Virus record (IMG/VR): IMGVR_UViG_3300037466_002669
Coordinates: 174 to 64,173 of that record
Length of the DNA stretch: 64,000 nucleotides
Direction: 5' to 3' (one strand)
DNA from: a virus
Lineage: Duplodnaviria > Caudoviricetes
A model generated the notes under the pieces. The model was given only the letters and a program-made list of their open reading frames with translations. It did not search any database and was not told the origin of the DNA. Within the stretch, counting starts at the first letter, position 1, and the number at the start of each line of letters is the position of its first letter. A program made the translations under genes and the position numbers. Shown here in pieces: positions 1 to 7,783 of this stretch.

Positions 1-300
1 GATTTTAGTACATCTGATATGGTAGGGTAATGACTCACTCCCAACTTACTTTATACATTTTTACCTGTTCAAAAGGATGAATTACGCTTGTAACCGAATA
101 CCCTAAATCCATTAATTTTTTAACACCTTCAAGATTTATATGGATACCGAATAATAGAACTTCTTCAAATCCTAATTTAGACTGTGATTCAATTCTTTCA
201 ATAGCCTTTTCATAGTTTGCTGATTGAGCTATTTTTGCATCTGATCTTGCTTCAGATGCGTATAAAGTCTTTTTTACTTTTTTATCTTCCATCTGTTTTA
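1..300. repeat. Near-identical block to 51259-~51560 (offset 51,258)
   Basis: gattttagtacatctgatatggtagggtaatg at 1 and 51259; 85-aa ORFs differ at two residues. Confidence 0.95.
35..292 (-). CDS. Hypothetical phage protein (allele A of 51293..51550)
   Basis: 85-aa ORF conserved in both copies. Confidence 0.8.
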   Translation of the reverse strand: MEDKKVKKTLYASEARSDAKIAQSANYEKAIERIESQSKLGFEEVLLFGIHINLEGVKKLMDLGYSVTSVIHPFEQVKMYKVSWE

Positions 301-310
301 TTTTAGTTAT

Positions 311-646
311 TTAAAAATCAAGGTCAAAAATGATAGTTCCTTTTGGTAGAATAACAGCTTCATCTTCGGCGGCTTCCCGGTCGCTTTCGTCTTCTGAATT
401 AGCGTAACTACTTTTTGTTTCCAACCCTTCACCGGACGGATTAATTAAATCATCCTGAATCTCAGAGATAGCGTAAATTCCGCCTGCTTTTTCTTCGCCC
501 CAAACTCTTACAGGTTGTTTTAATTTATCTGGCGTTAGGGTTAAGCAGAAGTTGTAAATGTCTTCCCATATTAAACTTTTTTCATCGCCCTTTTTGTCCA
601 TCCTGTGAGGACGAACAAGCTGTTTTGTCATTTGTAAATCTTCCAT
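311..646 (-). CDS. Hypothetical protein, copy A only
   Basis: 111-aa ORF co-oriented in early operon. Confidence 0.7.
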   Translation of the reverse strand: MEDLQMTKQLVRPHRMDKKGDEKSLIWEDIYNFCLTLTPDKLKQPVRVWGEEKAGGIYAISEIQDDLINPSGEGLETKSSYANSEDESDREAAEDEAVILPKGTIIFDLDF

Positions 647-650
647 TTTT

Positions 651-848
651 TTAAATTTTACTTGTTTTGTTTAAGAAATCTTTCAATGATTTTTGAAACC
701 CTTTTTGACAACAAAAAAGATATTTTTGATTACCGACTTTAATTTCATCGGTTGGCTCCTTATCACATGCTTCAATTTTGCATACCTGTATAAATTTTTG
801 TTTTGAATTTATACCATCCGGTTTCTGTAAAGAATTCTGCTTTGTCAT
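651..848 (-). CDS. Hypothetical Cys-containing protein, copy A only
   Basis: 65-aa ORF, tight spacing. Confidence 0.6.
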   Translation of the reverse strand: MTKQNSLQKPDGINSKQKFIQVCKIEACDKEPTDEIKVGNQKYLFCCQKGFQKSLKDFLNKTSKI

Positions 849-866
849 CTGGTTTTATTTTAATTG

Positions 867-1064
867 TTATTCTTCATCCAAAATAACAACTACAGTGTCC
901 CGCGCCAATGCTTCTTCATCGTCCGGATCTTCTATAAAATTTATCTCATCACTTCTTACTGAATTCACTAATCCATAAGCAAATTCTGTTTTTCTTTCAG
1001 CTACAAATACATCCATGTTATCTGGATATTGAGATAGCTCTTCGCGTAGTTGTTTTACTGTCAT
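867..1064 (-). CDS. Small acidic hypothetical protein (allele of 51873..52067)
   Basis: Near-identical protein in copy B. Confidence 0.8.
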   Translation of the reverse strand: MTVKQLREELSQYPDNMDVFVAERKTEFAYGLVNSVRSDEINFIEDPDDEEALARDTVVVILDEE

Positions 1065-1072
1065 AAGATTTT

Positions 1073-1516
1073 TTATTTTGGTTGTTGATATTGTTCGTAC
1101 TCTTCACGGGTGGATGGAACGCAATTATCGAGGTGCATACTAATTTCTTCTTCATCGTGAGTTCCGGTATTGTCTAAAACAAGTATTAGTGCATAAGGCT
1201 CGTTTTCATTCCCATAATTGTAGCCTTCATCTGGATAATTACCATAAGCAATAGGTTTAAAAACACCGCAGATGCTACATCCACTATTGACTACTTTTAC
1301 ATACTCCGGCAAGTCTTCAATCTTTCTTTCTTCCCACCACTCCAATTTTTTAAAAAGGTGCGGGTATTCTTGCATATAGCCGCTATTACAAAAGCCTTCT
1401 CCTTTTACCAAATATGCTGATGTTCCGATTATAATATTACCCATTTCAAATGCCTGCGAAGGATAATCAGCAATTACTTTGTAGCGCGGTTTCAAAATCT
1501 CTTCTTTACTAAGCAT
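1073..1516 (-). CDS. Hypothetical protein, copy A only
   Basis: 147-aa ORF. Confidence 0.7.
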   Translation of the reverse strand: MLSKEEILKPRYKVIADYPSQAFEMGNIIIGTSAYLVKGEGFCNSGYMQEYPHLFKKLEWWEERKIEDLPEYVKVVNSGCSICGVFKPIAYGNYPDEGYNYGNENEPYALILVLDNTGTHDEEEISMHLDNCVPSTREEYEQYQQPK

Positions 1517-1527
1517 AATTTTTTATT

Positions 1528-1992
1528 TTAGATAAGTTCAAAAATGTAAATCAAATCCTTGTTCCATACTTTCTGTTCTGCTTCTTCCCATTCAAGTAGT
1601 TCTAATGCACCGTTTCGTTGAGAAAATAAAATAGGTGTACCGTCCGGTTTTTCGCCTAATGGATTCTCAAAATAAACTCCGTTGGCTTGTAAATAAGAGA
1701 AGAAAGATTCTTTGGCGGTTTTTACCCATCTATCTATAATAACGCCTTGCCAGTTGTAATTTTGAAAATGCTGATCTTGCATTAATTTTTCTACCCAATT
1801 CTGGAATTGCTCTTCTGTTATATAGGTTAGTTTGCCGACTTCTTTAATATTAAAATCAAATTTTGCCACGACTTTTGAAAATGGTTTAAAGTATGTCAAA
1901 TAATTGCCAAATCTTACTTTTACATTATAAGCACCTTCCGGCATCTCTACTAACAATAATTTCTTTTTAAGATTGAGTATTTGTTGTTTCAT
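1528..1992 (-). CDS. Hypothetical protein, likely start MKQQILN at 1992 (mosaic allele of 52288..52683)
   Basis: Copy B homolog starts at the same MKQQILNLKKKLLLVE and ends EEAEQKVWNKDLIYxFExI. Confidence 0.75.
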   Translation of the reverse strand: MKQQILNLKKKLLLVEMPEGAYNVKVRFGNYLTYFKPFSKVVAKFDFNIKEVGKLTYITEEQFQNWVEKLMQDQHFQNYNWQGVIIDRWVKTAKESFFSYLQANGVYFENPLGEKPDGTPILFSQRNGALELLEWEEAEQKVWNKDLIYIFELI

Positions 1993-2153
1993 TTGGGTTA
2001 AATTATTTTTGAGAAATAATAAGTGATTAATTCTTTTATTGTTAACCATTTATGGCAACCTTTAATGTCATACATCGTAACGCCTCCTCTCACTTCTTTT
2101 TTACAACTTTCTTCAAATTGAGCAAAGCCTGTTATTTGTTGTTTCATTGATTG

Positions 2154-2348
2154 TTATTTTAATAGTTCTAACCTGCTTTTTATTAACGCAGCACCTTCAT
2201 AATTTTCGGTTTGAACCTGATGTTTCATTAGTTTCAATAAATCTTCTTTATTCATCAATACCACAAATTCTATTGGTATAGAAATTTCTTTTTCAGTCGT
2301 TTCCAATAAACCTAAATATTCAGAAATACCTTTATGAAACATTTTCAT
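2154..2348 (-). CDS. Hypothetical protein with UVR-like C-terminal coil motif (ENYEGAALIKSRL)
   Basis: 64-aa ORF; motif resemblance only. Confidence 0.5.
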   Translation of the reverse strand: MKMFHKGISEYLGLLETTEKEISIPIEFVVLMNKEDLLKLMKHQVQTENYEGAALIKSRLELLK

Positions 2349-2358
2349 TTTACTTCAT

Positions 2359-2562
2359 TTATTGGTTTAATAATTCAACTTCATACCACAAGAATCTTAC
2401 GGGTTTCCCGTTTTTCATAAGGCAGTTAATCCACTTTGTTTCTCGTGGGTACTTTCTTCCCTGTTGCACTATTTCAATATTTTTGACTTCAAATATTTGC
2501 CACAGATATAAGCCCAAAGACTGTCTGGTATTCTTATCCATATTTACTATTCTTGCTCTCAA
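2359..2562 (-). CDS. Hypothetical protein
   Basis: 67-aa ORF, overlapping stop/start with neighbour. Confidence 0.6.
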   Translation of the reverse strand: MRARIVNMDKNTRQSLGLYLWQIFEVKNIEIVQQGRKYPRETKWINCLMKNGKPVRFLWYEVELLNQ

Positions 2563-2744
2563 ATTGGTTTAATTTCTACTTCTACTTTAATACATTTCCA
2601 GCCACGTTTTTTAAATTCTTTCCATTCAAAAAATCCTTCGTCCTCAAAACACTTTATCGACCTCTTTTTAGTTTCGGCAAGCGTTGAAAAGTCGTAAAAA
2701 GTCTTTTTAAATTCCTTTACACAGCACCAAAGTTTTTGTTTCAT
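2559..2744 (-). CDS. Hypothetical protein
   Basis: 61-aa ORF, ATGA-type coupling. Confidence 0.6.
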   Translation of the reverse strand: MKQKLWCCVKEFKKTFYDFSTLAETKKRSIKCFEDEGFFEWKEFKKRGWKCIKVEVEIKPI

Positions 2745-3124
2745 ATTTTTTCTTTTAAAGTTTTAGAATCAATAGCAAGACCGGATTCAATTAATCCGAA
2801 AAGATCAAAATGGCGAGAAAGGAGATAACGTACATCCTCAGGAGACCACGTAGTTAATCTAATTATGTAATTCATGTCTGCTCGTTCAACTCCTTTCAAA
2901 TTCCCTCTTTCACTTCTTAAACTTTTCAACTCTTCATCTGTCATATCAGAAAGTTTGCGCAGTTGAATTTGTATATCCTTTATACTCCAGTCGGTAGTTA
3001 TTTTGTTTAAAACATTTGTGGTTAACTGCTCCCAAACAGTCCATGTATTTTCTTCGTAATCATAATACGTGTACCTGACTTTTGCACCTAAATAGAGGTG
3101 GATAAAATCTTTTAATTCTTTCAT
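2741..3124 (-). CDS. Hypothetical phage protein
   Basis: 127-aa ORF, coupled to neighbours. Confidence 0.7.
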   Translation of the reverse strand: MKELKDFIHLYLGAKVRYTYYDYEENTWTVWEQLTTNVLNKITTDWSIKDIQIQLRKLSDMTDEELKSLRSERGNLKGVERADMNYIIRLTTWSPEDVRYLLSRHFDLFGLIESGLAIDSKTLKEKI

Positions 3125-3318
3125 AATTTCTTTTTTACAGTAGTAATAACTATTTGGTTATCCGGTATGTTAAATTGTTTTTGCCAATCAAATACCTGTT
3201 TAGGGAACGGAATTAAACTTTCGCCTACTTCCAATTTTTTCCATTTGAAAAATATTTTTTTCAATAGAGAATATCTGTAGTTATCATTCGTACACTCAAC
3301 TTGTATCTTGTATTTCAT
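3121..3318 (-). CDS. Hypothetical protein (likely start MKYKIQ)
   Basis: ATG at 3318 is more plausible than the TTG at 3363. Confidence 0.55.
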   Translation of the reverse strand: MKYKIQVECTNDNYRYSLLKKIFFKWKKLEVGESLIPFPKQVFDWQKQFNIPDNQIVITTVKKKL

Positions 3319-3350
3319 AATTTCTTTTTTACAGTAAACAAATTTTAGTT

Positions 3351-3505
3351 TTATAAATTCCAAACAGCCTTGTATCTTTTAATAAAATCTGCCGGAAAAT
3401 CAGTTTTAAAACCACAGCGAGGACACACAAATTGTTCGTATTAATGCAATAAGGTGTGTACCCCTCCCTTGTCATTAAATTTTCTCTTACAATTGATGAT
3501 TCCAT
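3351..3505 (-). pseudogene. Frameshifted small CxxC protein gene
   Basis: MESSIVRENLMTREGYTPYC in one frame; EQFVCPRCGFKTDFPADFIKRYKAVWNL* in another, 8 nt later. Confidence 0.5.
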
Positions 3506-3510
3506 AACTT

Positions 3511-3765
3511 TTAATTTTTAAAAATGTATTCTCTTAATTCCGGTTCTATTGATTCATTCATTTTACTTTCTGCGATTAATACTATTTCCCATTCACTATT
3601 TTCCATAGCCCTTTGATACTTATTCTTAAGAGATTCTGTCATCCATTTTATATAAGATTCTCTTACGTGGTAATTACTTTCAAAATCCATAAAATAATCC
3701 TTATTAGGTGGGGTTAAATCCACCGTTACCATAAAAGAACCTCTTATGTATAGTTCAAGTTTCAT
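3511..3765 (-). CDS. Hypothetical protein (truncated allele at 53266..53364)
   Basis: 84-aa ORF; first 32 codons conserved in copy B. Confidence 0.75.
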   Translation of the reverse strand: MKLELYIRGSFMVTVDLTPPNKDYFMDFESNYHVRESYIKWMTESLKNKYQRAMENSEWEIVLIAESKMNESIEPELREYIFKN

Positions 3766-4059
3766 TCAGTATTCGCAGTCATAAAAGTTCAACCTGTTTT
3801 CAAAATCTTGTAATTCTTTCATGCTGTTTGCTACGAAATTTAACATTGCGCCATTCGGCAATAAAACAGCGAACGTCCAGCAATTATAAAAACCGTGAAG
3901 TATCAATTTTATATCAGTGTCTTCGGGTGTATTATTAATTGGATTCCTATTTTCTATTGCTTTTTCAAATAAGACGATTGCCGGTTTTTCTTTTGATTTA
4001 ATCCACCCGTCGGCCAATAATTCAGTTTCCGTTATTTGAGCTTTTTTAATTTTTGCCAT
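3766..4059 (-). CDS. Hypothetical protein, copy A only
   Basis: 97-aa ORF. Confidence 0.7.
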   Translation of the reverse strand: MAKIKKAQITETELLADGWIKSKEKPAIVLFEKAIENRNPINNTPEDTDIKLILHGFYNCWTFAVLLPNGAMLNFVANSMKELQDFENRLNFYDCEY

Positions 4060-4069
4060 TTTTTTTATT

Positions 4070-4348
4070 TTAAGTGTTACTGATAAATTTTAAAGTATGT
4101 AATATCCTTGCCGCCTGTCTTAAAGTTTCGTTAGTAAATCTGATTCCTGTTCCCCGGCATTCCCTGACTAAATCCACCTTCAACTCTTCTGGTAAATCTT
4201 CTATCGGGGTTAAATCTTCTCTCACAAGTAATTCGTAGGTTCTCAGTAGTACTCTTTTAGGAACCGGATTTTCTATAAAAAAATCGAGCATACTTTTATT
4301 CCTGTTGTACATTCCTACAAACTTTGAAGCGAGTTCGAGATCAATCAT
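4070..4348 (-). CDS. Hypothetical protein; C-terminal ~33 aa shared with 53812..54267
   Basis: DLVRECRxTGIRFTNExLRQAARILHTLKFISNT in both copies. Confidence 0.75.
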   Translation of the reverse strand: MIDLELASKFVGMYNRNKSMLDFFIENPVPKRVLLRTYELLVREDLTPIEDLPEELKVDLVRECRGTGIRFTNETLRQAARILHTLKFISNT

Positions 4349-5241
4349 TGTCTTAAATCTTTTCCTTTTACGTCAATAATGTTGAACATTTCTTTCATCC
4401 GGCTTCTTACCCTGAATCCGTACTTTTCCTGAATTTGATCAAAATTGCAATTAGTGGAAATTATCAATCTTGAAAAATCTGTACTGTTCAGATAATAGCT
4501 TTCTAAAAACTCTTTAAACCAATTAATTTTACTTCCGTAATGATTCACGGTTTCTTCGCTACCCACGTCGTCCAGATAGATTACTTTCCCTTTAGCCTGG
4601 AATCCACCGTATTCTCTCACTTCATCTGAAATATCAATCATAGAATAAATTGAGATTGGTTTTATTTTGTTATCCTTTACGCAATTCACCAGGTAGGTTT
4701 TTCCTATTCCCGAAATTCCCCGAATCAGCAAACCTTTTTTAAGTGAAAAGTTTAATTCTGTTTCAAAGCGCGGATCTTCTGAAAGAAAAAAACAAATAGT
4801 TTTTATTAGCGGTTTATTAAACTCATTTTGGATTAATTTTTTGCCATAATTCCGGCTGGCGCAAGACATAACTTTAAAAAAATAACTTGCGTCACATTCT
4901 TTTTTTAGTTGCTCGTAATCGAGTTTTTCTTGCTCTTCCAGCTGTTTTAATTTTTCCTTAATCTCAATGCCAGCGTGTTTATTTTCGTTAGCCACCCTTA
5001 GAATTTCCTCTACATCAATTTCTTTTTCCCAATCAATTGATTTTACTTTTAGTTCAATATTTTCAGCACTTTCTTTTTTATCCCACAGTTTCCAAACGAA
5101 ATGTTTTTTAGCAGTTTCTATGGCGTGGCTTACAGCTTGCTCTTTTTCTTCAGGGGTAAGAATCATTTCTTTTTCTTCAGGGATTATCGAAGTCCATTTC
5201 TTGCCCAACCTTTTGAGGGTGCTTTTTAGTAAGGTTTCCAT
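4345..5241 (-). CDS. DnaC/IstB-like AAA+ ATPase (helicase loader)
   Basis: Walker A GISGIGKT, Walker B IYLDDVG, ISTN sensor; directly downstream of initiator. Confidence 0.85.
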   Translation of the reverse strand: METLLKSTLKRLGKKWTSIIPEEKEMILTPEEKEQAVSHAIETAKKHFVWKLWDKKESAENIELKVKSIDWEKEIDVEEILRVANENKHAGIEIKEKLKQLEEQEKLDYEQLKKECDASYFFKVMSCASRNYGKKLIQNEFNKPLIKTICFFLSEDPRFETELNFSLKKGLLIRGISGIGKTYLVNCVKDNKIKPISIYSMIDISDEVREYGGFQAKGKVIYLDDVGSEETVNHYGSKINWFKEFLESYYLNSTDFSRLIISTNCNFDQIQEKYGFRVRSRMKEMFNIIDVKGKDLRQ

Positions 5242-5968
5242 TTTTTGCTTGTATGATTGATTGAAAATATTTTTCTATTTGGGTTAGTGAGTACCTGGAA
5301 AAATGTTTATCTGAAGCGACGAAAGAAACTAATTCTCCCCATCGGAGTTTGATTGCATACTGTTCGTCCTTGTTAGTAAAAATCGTTTGCTCCTTAAATC
5401 CGAGAATTTTCCCGAAATGAACCGAAATTTTTCTAAGCGATTGAAAATCTTTAATTTGATCTTCTGGATAACCTTCGTTTTTTTCGAGAAACATTTTCGA
5501 CATGGCAGGGATTAAATTTTCGATTCGCGCGCTTTCTTTTTCTTTTTCTTGTTCTTTTTCTTGTTCCATTTCCTTAGCCCCTTGTAAGGGGCTTGTAAGG
5601 GGCTTTAATGAAAAATCCGAATTTATTAAATCATATTTTTTAAGAACAGAAATAACATTTAAGTGCGCCCGGTTTTTTTCTGAAAGTTTCCCATATTGGA
5701 ACAAGATAAAAGAAGGAATAAACCATTTTTTACCGCCGTCAATTTTTACGATTCTAATTTCATCATCATTAAAAAGGGTTAGCGCTCCAGCCTGTGTAAT
5801 AGGCATATCTTTTCCTACATAAGTTTGTGCAATCTCAAAATCTACAATCCATATTCCGGCGTGGTCGCAATCGTGATAAAGGAAATCCCAAAGTAATTTG
5901 TAAGCTCCAGGTAAATTTCTCATAAATGGTTTTTTATACTTATTGGTGTCAGTGAATCTCTTAGGCAT
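5177..5968 (-). CDS. Phage replication initiator (replisome organizer)
   Basis: N-terminal winged-helix-like region, low-complexity EQEKE linker with DNA repeats, upstream of DnaC-like gene. Confidence 0.7.
   Translation of the reverse strand: MPKRFTDTNKYKKPFMRNLPGAYKLLWDFLYHDCDHAGIWIVDFEIAQTYVGKDMPITQAGALTLFNDDEIRIVKIDGGKKWFIPSFILFQYGKLSEKNRAHLNVISVLKKYDLINSDFSLKPLTSPLQGAKEMEQEKEQEKEKESARIENLIPAMSKMFLEKNEGYPEDQIKDFQSLRKISVHFGKILGFKEQTIFTNKDEQYAIKLRWGELVSFVASDKHFSRYSLTQIEKYFQSIIQAKNGNLTKKHPQKVGQEMDFDNP
5533..5606. repeat. Putative origin A: tandem cttgtaagggg repeats/palindrome plus purine-skewed tract inside initiator gene
   Basis: cttgtaagggg at 5581-5591 and 5592-5602; palindrome agcccctt..aaggggct; tttc/ttgttc run 5533-5566. 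Confidence 0.5.
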
Positions 5969-6017
5969 AATTCAGTTTGTTTTAAGTCTTTCATTGGAAT
6001 ATAAAATCAGTTAAAAA

Positions 6018-6443
6018 CTATATCATAGATTTAGCTTTATCCATTAAAGCCAGCATATCCTTCATATTGTTATACTCAATACATACAACAGCCTGTATAC
6101 CTTCATCGTCTATTATGTCAACTGATATAAACACGCTGCCGTCGTTATTTAGGAAAACAGTTTCAACAAGTATCCTATCGTTTGGTCTTAGATATTTCTG
6201 AGACAATATTGGAGCACCTATACTTTTGTGGTATTCAACAACCTTATGGCAATGTTTACAAAGTGTTTTTAATTTATCAACAGGAGCTTCCCAAGGGTCG
6301 CCGGAATATTCTTCGTGATGAACATGTAATTCAGTTTCTTTATCACCGCAAAGGGTACATTTAAAATTATCTCTGTTTAAAATTTCGAGCCGTTTTTTTT
6401 GCCATCTTGGGTCAAGCAGTTTTTCTGCATAGGTTTTTTTCAT
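6018..6443 (-). CDS. HNH endonuclease family protein
   Basis: RD..CxxCG...LHVHH...LCxxCH zinc/HNH pattern. Confidence 0.85.
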   Translation of the reverse strand: MKKTYAEKLLDPRWQKKRLEILNRDNFKCTLCGDKETELHVHHEEYSGDPWEAPVDKLKTLCKHCHKVVEYHKSIGAPILSQKYLRPNDRILVETVFLNNDGSVFISVDIIDDEGIQAVVCIEYNNMKDMLALMDKAKSMI

Positions 6444-6502
6444 TTTTTTTTCAGTTATTATTGGATAAAATCTAATCTCTTAATTCGTGTTACATAAGCG
6501 GG

Positions 6503-6685
6503 TTATTTTAGTGCGCGATCTTTCATTTCCCGGATCAATCTTAAAATTTCATTTGCGGTTTGAACATCTATTTTGTAGTCCACTGCAGAAACTTTTATAA
6601 AGTCTTCCATGAATTCTACATCATTAATAAGCTGCATTAATTTTTGTTCGTTCATTATTTTTATTTTTTTAATAATCCCCTCCAT
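6503..6685 (-). CDS. Hypothetical protein (2 aa differences from 57293..57475)
   Basis: ORF conserved in both copies. Confidence 0.65.
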   Translation of the reverse strand: MEGIIKKIKIMNEQKLMQLINDVEFMEDFIKVSAVDYKIDVQTANEILRLIREMKDRALK

Positions 6686-6905
6686 CGTAATCCATTTTTG
6701 TCTCTATATATTCGGCAGTAGCATCACTATCAACAGATTTATTATCCATGCGTGCCATATATCTATTGTTATTTTCATCTTTTGCATAAACGGTGACACC
6801 TGAGCCAACAAACATGAATAATGTTTTGGGCGCTTTCTTCATTACCCTTTTGAAACTTTTAAGCCAGTCGGTTTCTTCTTTTGTAAATTCTCTATACATT
6901 TTCAA
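6669..6905 (-). CDS. Hypothetical protein
   Basis: 78-aa ORF. Confidence 0.7.
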   Translation of the reverse strand: MKMYREFTKEETDWLKSFKRVMKKAPKTLFMFVGSGVTVYAKDENNNRYMARMDNKSVDSDATAEYIETKMDYDGGDY

Positions 6906-7116
6906 TTAATTTTAATTCTTTTATCGGAACGATTGATGCGTGTTTATTTCCCTTAAATAAAACCTTAGCGTGACTACCGGAAACATATCTTACACTCTTA
7001 ACTTTGCCGGTTATTTCCTGTACAATTCCGGTTTTAGTTATGTAGGTAAAAGACTTTCTATTTAAATGGTGTTTATAAGTCCATTCTACTGTTGCTCCGC
7101 TTTTTAAGTGTATCAT
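6892..7116 (-). CDS. Hypothetical protein
   Basis: 74-aa ORF. Confidence 0.7.
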   Translation of the reverse strand: MIHLKSGATVEWTYKHHLNRKSFTYITKTGIVQEITGKVKSVRYVSGSHAKVLFKGNKHASIVPIKELKLIENV

Positions 7117-7121
7117 GTTCT

Positions 7122-7759
7122 TTAAAATAATTCAGTTTGTAATATTTTTTTCGAGTGAATTCCTTTAAAGCAGTTAAGAATATGTAAGCCGGTTTCAGGA
7201 TGTACACAGTTTCTATAAATCTGATCTTTCCTGGAGTTTATTTTATATTTTGATAAATCAAAACCATATAGCTTACTCCATTCATCTCTTGTTCCTCTAT
7301 TTATGTCAGCTTCTTTTATCTCCGTATTAAAGATTCTAAAGTTGCTCCAAAATAAGTGTCGTCCCATTTCTTTTGTCGGTTTTATTAAAGGTTCATAAAA
7401 TGGATTTACATTTTCCACTACATACCCCCCCCGAAATAATGTTTGAGAAATATAATTTCCTGATACAACTTCATGTCAGGGTATTTCTTTTCTACTTTTC
7501 TATTATTTTTAAAACCCCACATTCTTGCCCTGCTATGGGTTTGACAAGGCGGAGAAGTCCATATAAAATCAAATTCTTCGTAATGGTCTAACAGGTATTG
7601 ATGGGCATCGGCTACAATCACATTATCATCAGGGAAGTAATCTTTATAAACCGCTGCAATGTCTTCCCTGTATTCAACCGCCGTCACTTGTACCTCTTCC
7701 CAAAGTTTCCGGTTTCCTCCGATGCCGGCATACAGGTTTAATACTTTGAATTTTTTCAT
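7122..7759 (-). CDS. C5-cytosine DNA methyltransferase split by a frameshift at a G8 tract (possibly phase variable)
   Basis: Motif I LYAGIGG and motif IV SPPCQ in 7418..7759; motif VI ENV begins 7122..7418; C8 on + strand at 7425-7432 is the junction. Confidence 0.85.
7425..7432 (-). repeat. G8 homopolymer (simple sequence repeat) in methyltransferase
   Basis: catacccccccc gaaata. Confidence 0.95.
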
Positions 7760-7783
7760 TTTTATTCAGTAAACAATTAGTTA

